Origin: Candidatus Omnitrophica bacterium 4484_213
GTDB lineage: Bacteria; Omnitrophota; 4484-213
Length of the DNA stretch: 64,000 bases
Direction of reading: 5' to 3'
Assembly (NCBI GenBank): GCA_002085025.1
Contig: MZGK01000002.1
Location: 15,341 to 79,340, forward strand
Part shown: piece by piece, positions 1-8,843 of the stretch
How the letters are laid out: each line of letters starts with the position of its first letter
Position numbering within the stretch: the first letter of the stretch is position 1
Translations under genes and position numbers: made by a program
Notes under the pieces: model-generated
What the model saw: only the letters and a program-made list of their open reading frames with translations
Told to the model about the DNA's origin: nothing
Database searches by the model: none

Positions 1-803
1 TAACAAGAGGATTTCTTTCCCCTTTTTGTATTCTTTAAGATTCAAATAACAGAGCGTTAAGCAATAGAGCAACTTATCCGTTTTTTCAAAGTCTGGATAT
101 TTCTTCAATAAATTATTAAATATAGAGATTGCTTTTTTATATCTACCTTCTCTTGCGTAAATATAACCTAAACTAAATTGAGCATCGTCAGTAAATCCAA
201 ATCTATTTTTTTTATCTTGAGCAATTATCTGTTTAAAAAAAGAGAAGGATCCTTTGAGATTTCCCTTATCTATTCTCTTATCTCCTTCCTTCCATAAATT
301 TTCTATTTCTTTGAGTTTATTTAAATATTCAATTTTATCCAATGCTAATTTTGCAGCCTCTCGAACAGGATAAGAGTCTTTTTCCTTTAAAAAAAAGGAA
401 TCTCTTGAGAGTTTCTTTAGATAAGTAATTGCTCTTTCATCCCCGATAATCCCTAAGGCAATACTTGCTGCCTGACGAATGCGCCAGTTTTTGTCTTTTA
501 GTTGTGAATAGAGAATATCAAGAGATATCTTTCGTTTCTGGGGGTCGGTATTTCTCGCTTCCAGTATCCCTAGAGCGATTATCGCTGTTTCTTTAAGGTC
601 GCCAGCATCTCTCTCAATCAAGGAAATAAATTCCTTTCTTGCTTCCTCTCCTCCTTGCTTTGCTAATTGGTAGGCGGCTTTATCTCTGATGAGTTTTTTC
701 TCACTGCAGAGTAATCTTAATGAGGATTGCAAATCATCGGCTTGAACAAAGGTCTGCCCAATGAGAAACGAAATTAACAAAAAGGATATGTTGATACAAG
801 ATT
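1..803 (-). CDS. HEAT/TPR-repeat protein with N-terminal signal peptide (3' end of gene lies outside the window; start codon at 803)
   Basis: Reverse-complement translation from ATG at 803 gives MKSCINISFLLISFLIGQTFVQA (signal peptide), then PBS-lyase HEAT-like repeats (RIRQAASIALGIIGDERAITYL) and TPR-like helices. The ORF runs off the window edge. Confidence 0.5.
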
Positions 804-1343
804 TCATCGAGAAAGAGGAATTTTTCTTACAAACGGGTCCTTATAACGATTTTTTTTATTTATTTCTTTTAGAGCCGCAGTTGCCTCTTTTTTGGATTTA
901 AATCTGCCGGCATAGATTATCCATAAATTTCCCTGTTCCACTATTCGGGGGTCGTATCCTTGGAGTTTTTTTAGTTCCTGATTTGCATATTTCTGGCTTT
1001 TGTAGGTAGCTAATTGAATTGTATATAAAAAGGCGGTTGATGTATCTTTGAAACTTTTTGCAGAGCTTGTCGCAGGGCTTGGCTTTGTTTCTTCCTTTAT
1101 TTCTTCATAGTGGCTTCCCAGACCTTGCGCTAATTCAACTCTCTGAATTGGTTTAATTTTCTTCCCTCTCTCAATCCCCAAACAGAATGTTAGGACCAGG
1201 AGAAAAAAAAGCCCGATGAATAAAAAGATGGTTTTCTCGCCCGAGAACTCCAGAAGCGTTTTTCTTCCCATACCTAAAAATCTTCTTTTCTGGAAAGACG
1301 ATTGGTTGTCAAAAAGTTCCTTTTGCTGCGGAAAATTCATCAT
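804..1343 (-). CDS. SPOR-domain (peptidoglycan-binding) membrane protein
   Basis: N-terminal TM segment. C-terminal SPOR-like motif YTIQLATYKSQKYANQELKKLQGYDPRIVEQGNLWIIYAGRFKSKKEATAALKEI. Confidence 0.55.
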   Translation of the reverse strand: MMNFPQQKELFDNQSSFQKRRFLGMGRKTLLEFSGEKTIFLFIGLFFLLVLTFCLGIERGKKIKPIQRVELAQGLGSHYEEIKEETKPSPATSSAKSFKDTSTAFLYTIQLATYKSQKYANQELKKLQGYDPRIVEQGNLWIIYAGRFKSKKEATAALKEINKKNRYKDPFVRKIPLSR

Positions 1344-1346
1344 ACA

Positions 1347-1395
1347 TCACTGATGGTACTAATTCTTATCACTGATAACTCATCAGTGTAATCAG
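1347..1395. repeat. CACTGAT / ATCAGTG palindromic repeat cluster immediately 5' of the SPOR gene start
   Basis: atcactgatggtac...atcactgataactcatcagtgtaatcag. The 19-bp palindrome CACTGAT-N5-ATCAGTG matches copies at 19786, 24205 and 49990. Confidence 0.7.
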
Positions 1396-1419
1396 ATTGC
1401 CAAGCGATAGCCAGCCAAT

Positions 1420-1530
1420 CTTTAAGTTTACCCCGTTAGAAAGCTCCTTTCCTCCGTGGGGCGAGGTTAAAATCCCGTTCCCTTTCTTGTAGGGGCAATC
1501 CTTATAAGAACGATAGAAAAACTGCCCCTA
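1420..1530. repeat. Diverged copy of the GTTTACCCCGTTAGAAAG (REP-like) element
   Basis: tttaccccgttagaaagctcc...ggggcaatccttataagaacgatagaaaa resembles the 4045 and 26548 copies in its left arm and internal hairpins. Confidence 0.5.
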
Positions 1531-1552
1531 AATTGCTTTCTGAGGGGGGTCG

Positions 1553-2233
1553 CTATTTTTCTTCTTCCTTTTTTGGCTCAACAAAAGAAGGCAGGGTTTT
1601 CGGAGAAATAACTATCTCTACCCTGCGGTTATTTGCCCTTCCCTGGGGAGTATCATTAGTGTCTATAGGACGATATTCACCATAGCCTACTGCTGAAAGC
1701 CGCTCAGGAGAAACACCCTGTTTGATTAGATAGCGCACAACTTCGGTAGCTCGACATGCTGAAAGTTCCCAATTAGAGGGGTATTTTGTCGAGTATTTGA
1801 TTGGTTTATTATCCGTATACCCCTCTACACTTATTAAATTATTCGGGCAGGTTTTATTGATTATTTCGGCAATCTTATTCAAACCTTCTTTTGCCTGCGG
1901 TTTAATAAGTACTTGACCCGGGTCAAAGAGAATCTTATTACTGACTATGATTATCAAACCTCGCTCCTGGAGATACACTTTTAAATCTCTTTGCGATAAC
2001 TCCTTTTTCAATTTATGCTCTAATTCTATTTTTGTCTCTAAAAGTGCTTCTTTTGGTTTGCACAGCTCCTCCAGCTGGAAATTTAATTGTTCAATAGTAG
2101 TGTTTAAATTAGCAATAACCCTTGATTGTTCCTCGACTTGGCTCCGCAGAGCTTTGCTGGTCGCGCAGCCAGTTGTAACGAAGAGAAGAAAGATAACAGA
2201 GAACAAGACCTTCCTTTTATGAGTAGACATCAT
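1553..2233 (-). CDS. OmpA-family peptidoglycan-associated lipoprotein (Pal-like)
   Basis: Lipobox-like FVTTGCATS, coiled coil, then the OmpA C-terminal domain (ISVEGYTDNKPI...NRRVEIVI). Confidence 0.7.
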   Translation of the reverse strand: MMSTHKRKVLFSVIFLLFVTTGCATSKALRSQVEEQSRVIANLNTTIEQLNFQLEELCKPKEALLETKIELEHKLKKELSQRDLKVYLQERGLIIIVSNKILFDPGQVLIKPQAKEGLNKIAEIINKTCPNNLISVEGYTDNKPIKYSTKYPSNWELSACRATEVVRYLIKQGVSPERLSAVGYGEYRPIDTNDTPQGRANNRRVEIVISPKTLPSFVEPKKEEEK

Positions 2234-2296
2234 AACCTCCTCTTCTCGGTTATCGGTTTGTGGTTCTCGCCAAAACCGAGCATCGAGAACCGATTT

Positions 2297-2554
2297 TTAT
2301 TCCCCTACCAATTTTGCTAAGTGCTCCTCAGCTAATTTATGGCCGGGGTTTATTTCTAAAGTTTTATTAAATACCTCCTTTGCTTCTTTCAACATATTTT
2401 TAGCCTCATAGACAATGCCTAAGTTGTAACAAGCCTCAGCATTTTGAGAATCCTCCTTTAAAATTCTCTGAAAATATTTTATTGCCTCTTCGTAATTTTC
2501 ATTTAGAAAAGAAAATTTTCCCGCTTCCAATAAATCTTCTTCTTTTTTGTCCAT
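2297..2554 (-). CDS. Small TPR-repeat protein
   Basis: TPR consensus (AEACYNLGIVYEAKNMLKEAKEVFNKTLEINP). Confidence 0.5.
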   Translation of the reverse strand: MDKKEEDLLEAGKFSFLNENYEEAIKYFQRILKEDSQNAEACYNLGIVYEAKNMLKEAKEVFNKTLEINPGHKLAEEHLAKLVGE

Positions 2555-2556
2555 CG

Positions 2557-3387
2557 TTATAATTTATTTATCCTCTTAACTACCTCTTCCGCAAGAAACC
2601 TTGGCGTAGAGGTCCCTGTAATTATACCAATTTTTTTCTTACTTTTCAACCACTCTCGCCTTATTTCATTTGCACCTTCAATATGATAAGTTTCTCTTCT
2701 CGTGGCACAAATCTCGGCCAATCTGCAGGTATTAGCACTTTCCTTTCCTCCGATGACTAACATCAGCTCCACTCTTTTGGCTAATTTGACTGCTTCTTCC
2801 TGCCTCCTTTGAACAACTGCGCAAAGCGTATTAAATATTCTTATTTCCTGAAAGTCTTTTCTTAATAGTTCTTTTATTACTCTAGTAAACCTCTCTTTCG
2901 TCTGAGTTGTTTGAGCAATAATCCCGATTTTATCAAAAGAAATTTTTTTGTCTTTGATTTCAGAGATATCTTCAATCACCTTTGCCTTATCAGCAAAACT
3001 CATCAATGCTTGCACTTCCTTGTGTCTCCTTTCTCCAATGATTACTACCTGGTAATCTTGTTGAGAAAGCCGAGCCGCAATTTGCTGAAGATTCTTAACA
3101 AAGGGACAGGTGGCATCAATCAATTTCAATCCTTTCTCCTTTACCCTTTTGATTACTGTTTCTGAAAGTCCATGTGCAGGGATTACTAAAATTCCCTTTT
3201 TCGCTTTTTTTAAATTCCTAATGATCTTCAATCCTTGTTTGACCAATAGGTCATTGATTTGGGGATTGTGAATGAGGGGCCCTAAGCAGTAAGCCCTTTC
3301 TTCTTTTCGCAACAATTCCTCGATCCTCTGGACTGCCTTCTGGACACCCCAGCAAAACCCATATTCTTTTGCCAGTTTTAGTTTCAC
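2557..3387 (-). CDS. ispH: 4-hydroxy-3-methylbut-2-enyl diphosphate reductase
   Basis: GFCWGV, PLIHNPQ, ATCPFV, AQTTQ and NTLCAVV motifs typical of IspH/LytB. Confidence 0.9.
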   Translation of the reverse strand: MKLKLAKEYGFCWGVQKAVQRIEELLRKEERAYCLGPLIHNPQINDLLVKQGLKIIRNLKKAKKGILVIPAHGLSETVIKRVKEKGLKLIDATCPFVKNLQQIAARLSQQDYQVVIIGERRHKEVQALMSFADKAKVIEDISEIKDKKISFDKIGIIAQTTQTKERFTRVIKELLRKDFQEIRIFNTLCAVVQRRQEEAVKLAKRVELMLVIGGKESANTCRLAEICATRRETYHIEGANEIRREWLKSKKKIGIITGTSTPRFLAEEVVKRINKL

Positions 3388-3422
3388 TGATTAAATTGAG
3401 ATTATACCTAGAGAGATGTTTG

Positions 3423-4037
3423 CTATACAGCAATCGTGCTTAATTCGCCCAGCTCTTTTACTTTCTTTAGTATTTCGGCGTTTATCCTCTGAATGTTCTC
3501 TTTTTTACTATTCTTAACAAACTCACTAGGGATTATCCTTTGCCCAAAATAAACAACTATTGGGCAGAATCTAATGAATTTAGCTCCCCGCGGCAAGGCT
3601 TTATCTGTGCCCTTTATGTAAGCAGGAATAATGGAAACATTTGCCTCGTGGGCTAAAAATCCTGCTCCCCCCTTGATTCTCTGCCAGTCCCCCCCGCGGG
3701 TTCCCTGGGGGAAAAGGACAATTACCTTATTTTGTTTTAACTTAGCCAGGGCGCACCTTAAAGCCCTGAAATCAGAGCTATTGCGCACTAGGGGAATTGC
3801 ATTAAGCGAACGAAGAAACTTTCTAAAAAAATAGTTTTTAAACAAACTTTCGCGAGCTAAAAAATTTATCTTGCGGAAGGAAGCTGCGCCCACAACTATA
3901 GGGTCTAAAAAACTTATATGATTAGAGACAATAATGCATCCTTTTTTAGAAGGAATATTTTCTATTCCCTGTACTTTTAGGCGAAAAAATATTTTGAAAA
4001 AAATCTTTGCCAGACAATGGAAAAAAGAGTAAAGCAT
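3423..4037 (-). CDS. plsC: 1-acyl-sn-glycerol-3-phosphate acyltransferase
   Basis: NHISFLD (HX4D) and FPQGTR motifs. Confidence 0.8.
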   Translation of the reverse strand: MLYSFFHCLAKIFFKIFFRLKVQGIENIPSKKGCIIVSNHISFLDPIVVGAASFRKINFLARESLFKNYFFRKFLRSLNAIPLVRNSSDFRALRCALAKLKQNKVIVLFPQGTRGGDWQRIKGGAGFLAHEANVSIIPAYIKGTDKALPRGAKFIRFCPIVVYFGQRIIPSEFVKNSKKENIQRINAEILKKVKELGELSTIAV

Positions 4038-5658
4038 TCCGAATTATCAACGAATTTACCCCGTTAGAAAGCCCCGTTTCCTTCTTCCTTATAGGGGCAA
4101 ATTCCTTATAGGAACGATAAAGAAGTTGTTCCCATTTATACTTGATAGAATTAGTCATTAGGCATTCTAGAATTCTTTTTACTACCTGTTGGATACTCAT
4201 CTCTGTTGTATCAATATAAATCGCGTCTTTGACCCTTTTTAAAGGAGCAACCTTTCTTTCGCTGTCCTTTTTGTCTCTAATTTTGATATTTTGCTCAATT
4301 TTTTCCAGAGATAATTTTTCTCCTTGTAGAGCTCCTGGTTGAGTAAGGAGTTGCTTGTATCGCCGTTTTGTTCTTTCTTCTATAGAGGCGTCTAAGTAAA
4401 ATTTCTTTGCCTGCGGGAAGACAACACTTCCTATATCTCTGCCCTCAGCAACGATATCTTTCCCCTCGCTTATCTTCCGCTGCAAGATAACCATCCTTTT
4501 TCTTATTTCAGGGAGTTTTGCCAAATAGAAAACTTTATTGGTTATCTCCTCTTTTCGGATTTCCCTCTCCACATCTTTCCCATCGAGAAGCAAAACCGGT
4601 TTCTTCGCTTTTTTAAAGCGGAAATTAATCTCTGTTTCTTGACACATTTTTATCAAGCGAGCCTTATCTCTTAAGTCAATCCCCTCCTTTATTGCCTTTA
4701 AGGTAATCGCCCGATACATTGCCCCAGTATCTAAATAGTAAAAACCCAATTTGGCTGCTAATTTTTGGCTAACTGCGCTCTTTCCTGCTCCTGCAGGCCC
4801 GTCAATAGCAATAACTATTCTCTCCTCCTTTAATTTTTTCTGCCTCGCTTTTTTAAATTCCTTTGTTATTTCCTGTGAATCCCCCTTCTGAATTAAATCT
4901 CGCATTATTATTAAATGTTCAATAAAAGCCTCAAGGGCCCTGCTAATTTCTTCTTTGTTGTCTATGCAGATATCCCTTCGCAATGAAGCATCGCTTAAAG
5001 CAATGCGGGTTGAATCTTTCCAACCCTTAGCCGCATATTTTAGGTATCTCTCAGAGACGGAATTCACCAAACTTACGGCGGCAATATGGGGCAAATGGCT
5101 TATCTCGGCTACAATTTTATCGTGCTGAGCAGCAGAGGTAATTTTTGCCCTGCTTCCTACCTCTTCCCATAATTGTTTAACCTTTTTTAAAGCGGCTATA
5201 TCTGTTTTCTTTGATTTTATTAAAAAGGTAAGTGAGTTAGCGAAGAGATCTCTACGCGCAGCTCTCACTCCTTTCTTCTCTGAGCCGGCTAAGGGATGAC
5301 CGCCAACAAAATGGATTTCCCGCGGGAGAATTCTTTCTATTTCTTGTGTAATTTTCTTCTTAGTGCTACCTACATCGGTTATCAGAGAACCTGCACGCAA
5401 AAAAGGGATGATCTTCTGGACAGTAGAAACAACTTCTCCCACCGGGGTGCAGATAATTATTAACTCACTTTCTTGGGCATCTTTTAGTTTTAAACTTCCT
5501 TTATCTATCGCTCCGAGTTTCACTGCCTCCTCTATTGTCTTCTCATGTTTAGCAATGCCAAAGACTTGTCTTGCTAACTTTTTTCTCTTTATAACCAATC
5601 CTAAAGAACCACCGATTAGACCTGTGCCAATAATGGTAATTTTATTGAATTTTTTCAT
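3946..5658 (-). CDS. Prephenate dehydrogenase fused in frame to cytidylate kinase; the 3' end of the ORF reads through a repeat element
   Basis: N-terminus has IIGTGLIGGSLG and HPLAG (TyrA). From about nt 4815 downward it reads IAIDGPAGAGKS...YLDTGAMYR (Cmk). The C-terminal 35 aa (YKWEQLLYRSYKEFAPIRKKETGLSNGVNSLI) are a translation of the repeat at 4045-4142, so the true stop is uncertain. Confidence 0.75.
   Translation of the reverse strand: MKKFNKITIIGTGLIGGSLGLVIKRKKLARQVFGIAKHEKTIEEAVKLGAIDKGSLKLKDAQESELIIICTPVGEVVSTVQKIIPFLRAGSLITDVGSTKKKITQEIERILPREIHFVGGHPLAGSEKKGVRAARRDLFANSLTFLIKSKKTDIAALKKVKQLWEEVGSRAKITSAAQHDKIVAEISHLPHIAAVSLVNSVSERYLKYAAKGWKDSTRIALSDASLRRDICIDNKEEISRALEAFIEHLIIMRDLIQKGDSQEITKEFKKARQKKLKEERIVIAIDGPAGAGKSAVSQKLAAKLGFYYLDTGAMYRAITLKAIKEGIDLRDKARLIKMCQETEINFRFKKAKKPVLLLDGKDVEREIRKEEITNKVFYLAKLPEIRKRMVILQRKISEGKDIVAEGRDIGSVVFPQAKKFYLDASIEERTKRRYKQLLTQPGALQGEKLSLEKIEQNIKIRDKKDSERKVAPLKRVKDAIYIDTTEMSIQQVVKRILECLMTNSIKYKWEQLLYRSYKEFAPIRKKETGLSNGVNSLIIRNALLFFPLSGKDFFQNIFSPKSTGNRKYSF
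4045..4142 (+). repeat. REP-like element family 1 (atcaacgaatttaccccgttagaaagccccg...ggaacgataaagaagttgttcc...), copy 1
   Basis: Near-identical about-95-bp copy at 26548-26646. Contains hairpins gcccc...ggggc and ggaac-GATAAAGAAGTT-gttcc. Confidence 0.8.
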
Positions 5659-5814
5659 TCAATAAGTTCACAACCTACAGGGCCCGAATGCTTTCGGGGC
5701 AACATAAGTTGTAGGAACGCATTTCCGCCGTCGCCAAGGCTTTGGTGGACAAGGAACCCCACACCAATTTCTGTTTTTGGTTAAACATCTTAGAAAATTG
5801 GTGTGCGGATAAGT

Positions 5815-6966
5815 TTAACTTCCTTTTAATATCCCTAAAACTTTTTCTACCACCTTAGCCTTATTACAAACTATCCTTCCTCCCCGTCTTAGACTTATCT
5901 CCACCTTTCCCTGAGCAAAGTTTTTCTTTCCGATAACTATTCTCAGAGGAATTCCGATTAAATCTGCATCGTTGAGTTTAATCCCTGCACTTTCTGAACG
6001 GTCATCCACAAGTACTTCCATTTTTTGATTTCTCAATTCTTGCAAAAGGGAATCAACGTAGGAGACAATCCTCTTTTCTCTGTAGTCTAAGGGGATGATT
6101 AAAACATCATAAGGGGTAAGTGAGAATGGCCAGATAATCCCTTTTTCATCGTGGTTTTTTTCAATGCATCCAGCGATTATTCTATCTACACCAATTCCAT
6201 AACAGCCCATTACTATTGGTCTTTGCCTTCCCTGTTCATCGCTGTAATTAGCACCAAAAACTTCGCTATATTTTGTCCCCAATTTAAAGATATGCCCTAA
6301 TTCAATTTCTTCTCCCGAGCTCAAATAAATTACGAATTCGTGAGAGAGCCTTCCGCCCATTATCCCTGAATCGGCTTCCTTCATCTCGCAATGGGAAAGC
6401 CCGCAACGACTGAAGATATTCTGATAGGCAATTTTCATCTTTTCATAATTTTGGGCTAATCCGGCATCGTCTTTATCAAAACTATATGCGTCTTTCATTG
6501 TGAACTCGCAGGTTCGGATTACCCCATAGCGTGGACGAATTTCATCGCGGAATTTGGTCTGAATTTGATAAAGGATTAAAGGAAGGTTTTTGTAAGAATT
6601 GATTCTTTGGGCGACCAAATCTGTAATTATTTCTTCGTGAGTAGGCCCCAAAACCATCTGCTTCTTATGTCTGTTCGTAAAAGAAATTATTACCTTTCCT
6701 AATAGAGCATCGCGTTTGGATTTCTTCCAGATAAATAGTGGTTGAAGCACAGAAAGAGAAAGTTCCTTTGCCCCCGTTTTATTCATCTCCTCTCTGATTA
6801 TTTCTCTTACTTTATTTAATACCCTTAGGCCCAGGGGCAGATAGGCATAGACTCCCGAGCTAATCTTTTTAATTAAAGAGGAACGCAGCATTAACTGATG
6901 GCTGGCAATCTTTGCCTCAGCAGGAATCTCTTTAGAGGTGAAGATAAAGGACTTGGAATAAAACAT
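5815..6966 (-). CDS. proS: Prolyl-tRNA synthetase, compact form lacking the INS editing domain
   Basis: N-terminal PADAEIASHQLMLRSS, LGPTHEE and YQIQTKFRDEIRPRYG (motif 2). The anticodon-binding domain follows directly. Only 383 aa. Confidence 0.8.
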   Translation of the reverse strand: MFYSKSFIFTSKEIPAEAKIASHQLMLRSSLIKKISSGVYAYLPLGLRVLNKVREIIREEMNKTGAKELSLSVLQPLFIWKKSKRDALLGKVIISFTNRHKKQMVLGPTHEEIITDLVAQRINSYKNLPLILYQIQTKFRDEIRPRYGVIRTCEFTMKDAYSFDKDDAGLAQNYEKMKIAYQNIFSRCGLSHCEMKEADSGIMGGRLSHEFVIYLSSGEEIELGHIFKLGTKYSEVFGANYSDEQGRQRPIVMGCYGIGVDRIIAGCIEKNHDEKGIIWPFSLTPYDVLIIPLDYREKRIVSYVDSLLQELRNQKMEVLVDDRSESAGIKLNDADLIGIPLRIVIGKKNFAQGKVEISLRRGGRIVCNKAKVVEKVLGILKGS

Positions 6967-6983
6967 AACTCTCTAATAGGGTT

Positions 6984-7125
6984 TACTAATCTATACGAAA
7001 GACATCAACGAATTTACTAATCTATACGAATATACGAATGTTTTTGTTCGTAAATTCGTAAGAAATTCGTAATTCGTAGATGTTTCTTTTATTCGTGAAT
7101 TCGTATAGGATTCGTAATTCGCTAA
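6984..7125. promoter_or_regulatory. Iteron-like array: 18-bp direct repeat tttactaatctatacgaa x2, then 6x TTCGTA and 4x TACGAA arranged as an imperfect palindrome, in the proS upstream region
   Basis: Seen directly: ...tatacgaa...tatacgaatatacgaatg...ttcgtaaattcgtaagaaattcgtaattcgtag...attcgtgaattcgtataggattcgtaattcgc. Confidence 0.45.
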
Positions 7126-7132
7126 CATTAAA

Positions 7133-8281
7133 TCAATTAGTCATTTTGATAATCTTTCTTGCTTCTTTTCTTGCCCACTCATCTGCTTGAAGAATATTGT
7201 TAATATCACTATCGTCTAAAGGCCGATGCTTTTCAATAACCTTCTCGACAATTCCACTGATATCAGTAAATTTTATCTGCCCATCTAAAAACGCCCGGAC
7301 GGCTACTTCATCGGCGGCGTTTAGAACAGTAAGTGTTGTTCCTCCTTCTCTTTCTGCTTCCCGCACCAATCTCAGAGAAGGAAATTTTTTTTCATCAGGA
7401 GATTTAAAACTAAGCGGAGGAATTTGGCTGAAATTAAGGGATTCTCCAAAGGGTAGTCGCTGAGGACAACTGAGTGCATATTGAATGGGCAGACGCATAT
7501 CTATAATTCCCAATTGGGCAATGATAGAACCATCGATAAACTCTACCATTGAATGAATAAGCACCTCCGGATGAATAAGAATCTCTATTCTTTCTATTTC
7601 TACATCAAAGAAGTATTTTGCCTCTATGAGTTCCAAGCCTTTATTCATCAGAGTTGCCGAGTCAACCGTGATTTTTTCTCCCATTTTCCATTTAGGGTGT
7701 TTAAGAACACTTTGCGGCGAGACAGACCACAAATCTTCCTTTGTTAAATTATTTAAGGGCCCACCTGAGGCGGTCAGGAATATTCTCTTTATTTCCTGTT
7801 TATTCCTCCCTTCAAGACACTGAAAAATGGCACTCTGTTCGCTGTCAATGGGAAGAATTTTCACTCGCTTTTGTTTTGCTCTTTGAATAACTATTTTACC
7901 TGCGGCTACCAGAAGTTCTTTATTTGCCAAACCAATTTGCTTTTCATTCTCTATTGCCTTTAAGAGAGGAATTAAGGCTTTAATTCCGGACATTGAAAAA
8001 ACAATAAAATCGGCTTCTTTAAAAGTGGCCAACTCAATCAACCCTTCTTTTCCAGTACTTATTTTACATCCCTTAACCCTTTGTTTTAACTCTCTATATC
8101 TCTCTTCATTGCTGACAACAGCGAGGCGAGGTTGAAATTCCTTGATCTGTTCCTCTAAAATTCCAATATTAGAATTGCAGGAAAGCCCGATTATCTTGAA
8201 CTCTTGAGGAAAATCTCGGACTACTTCTAATGTCTTCTTCCCTATTGACCCAGTTGAGCCAAGAATAACAATATTTTTCAT
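7133..8281 (-). CDS. dxr: 1-deoxy-D-xylulose 5-phosphate reductoisomerase
   Basis: MKNIVILGSTGSIGKKTLEVV NADPH-binding N-terminus and the full Dxr architecture. Confidence 0.9.
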   Translation of the reverse strand: MKNIVILGSTGSIGKKTLEVVRDFPQEFKIIGLSCNSNIGILEEQIKEFQPRLAVVSNEERYRELKQRVKGCKISTGKEGLIELATFKEADFIVFSMSGIKALIPLLKAIENEKQIGLANKELLVAAGKIVIQRAKQKRVKILPIDSEQSAIFQCLEGRNKQEIKRIFLTASGGPLNNLTKEDLWSVSPQSVLKHPKWKMGEKITVDSATLMNKGLELIEAKYFFDVEIERIEILIHPEVLIHSMVEFIDGSIIAQLGIIDMRLPIQYALSCPQRLPFGESLNFSQIPPLSFKSPDEKKFPSLRLVREAEREGGTTLTVLNAADEVAVRAFLDGQIKFTDISGIVEKVIEKHRPLDDSDINNILQADEWARKEARKIIKMTN

Positions 8282-8695
8282 TAAATAACAAAACTAATGC
8301 AATAATTTTCAAGTTCTTTCGGGGAGATATCAAAGAATGTTTGATTGCAGAACCAGGCGCATATAACCTTTCACAAATGAGCGGTTTCCTTTAAGCCGAA
8401 TTTCCAACGTTCATTGTGTAATGTCAAATCAAATAGTCCTAGGAAACGTTCAAGAAATCTTCCTTGATTCGCAAGGTCATTGTGGATTTTCCAATAACGA
8501 GCTCAGGCAATTTCGCTTCTATATTTCATATCCCCCCTTAGAAAGCCCGCCCTTTCGGGGATTAGCAAATTTTTCTTCGAAAAATTTGAGCCTGAAGAAA
8601 CGACATTAAGAAATTTCTGAAGGAGCTCCTTCAAGGTTCTTAGAAAACTCCCTCTAATCGCTTCTTCAGGACCAAATTCCCCTGAAGGCAAAATT

Positions 8696-8771
8696 TGGTG
8701 GACCGAGGGGGATTCGAACCCCCGACCTCCTGATTGCGAACCAGGCGTTCTCCCAACTGGACTATCGGCCC
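8696..8771 (-). tRNA. tRNA-Ala (anticodon CGC)
   Basis: Reverse complement GGGCCGATAGTCCAGTTGGGAGAACGCCTGGTTCGCAATCAGGAGGTCGGGGGTTCGAATCCCCCTCGGTCCACCA. G3:U70 pair, anticodon loop TTCGCAA, encoded CCA. Confidence 0.85.
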
Positions 8772-8843
8772 AATTTTTTGCGAAGCAAAAAATTGATCCT
8801 AAAAATGCGACCTTTGGAAGCATTTGAAGGACCTTATCTGTTT

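Noticed and set aside
8503-8823. 106-aa ORF on the minus strand
   Set aside because: It is a translation across tRNA-Ala (8696-8771); a reading-frame artefact.
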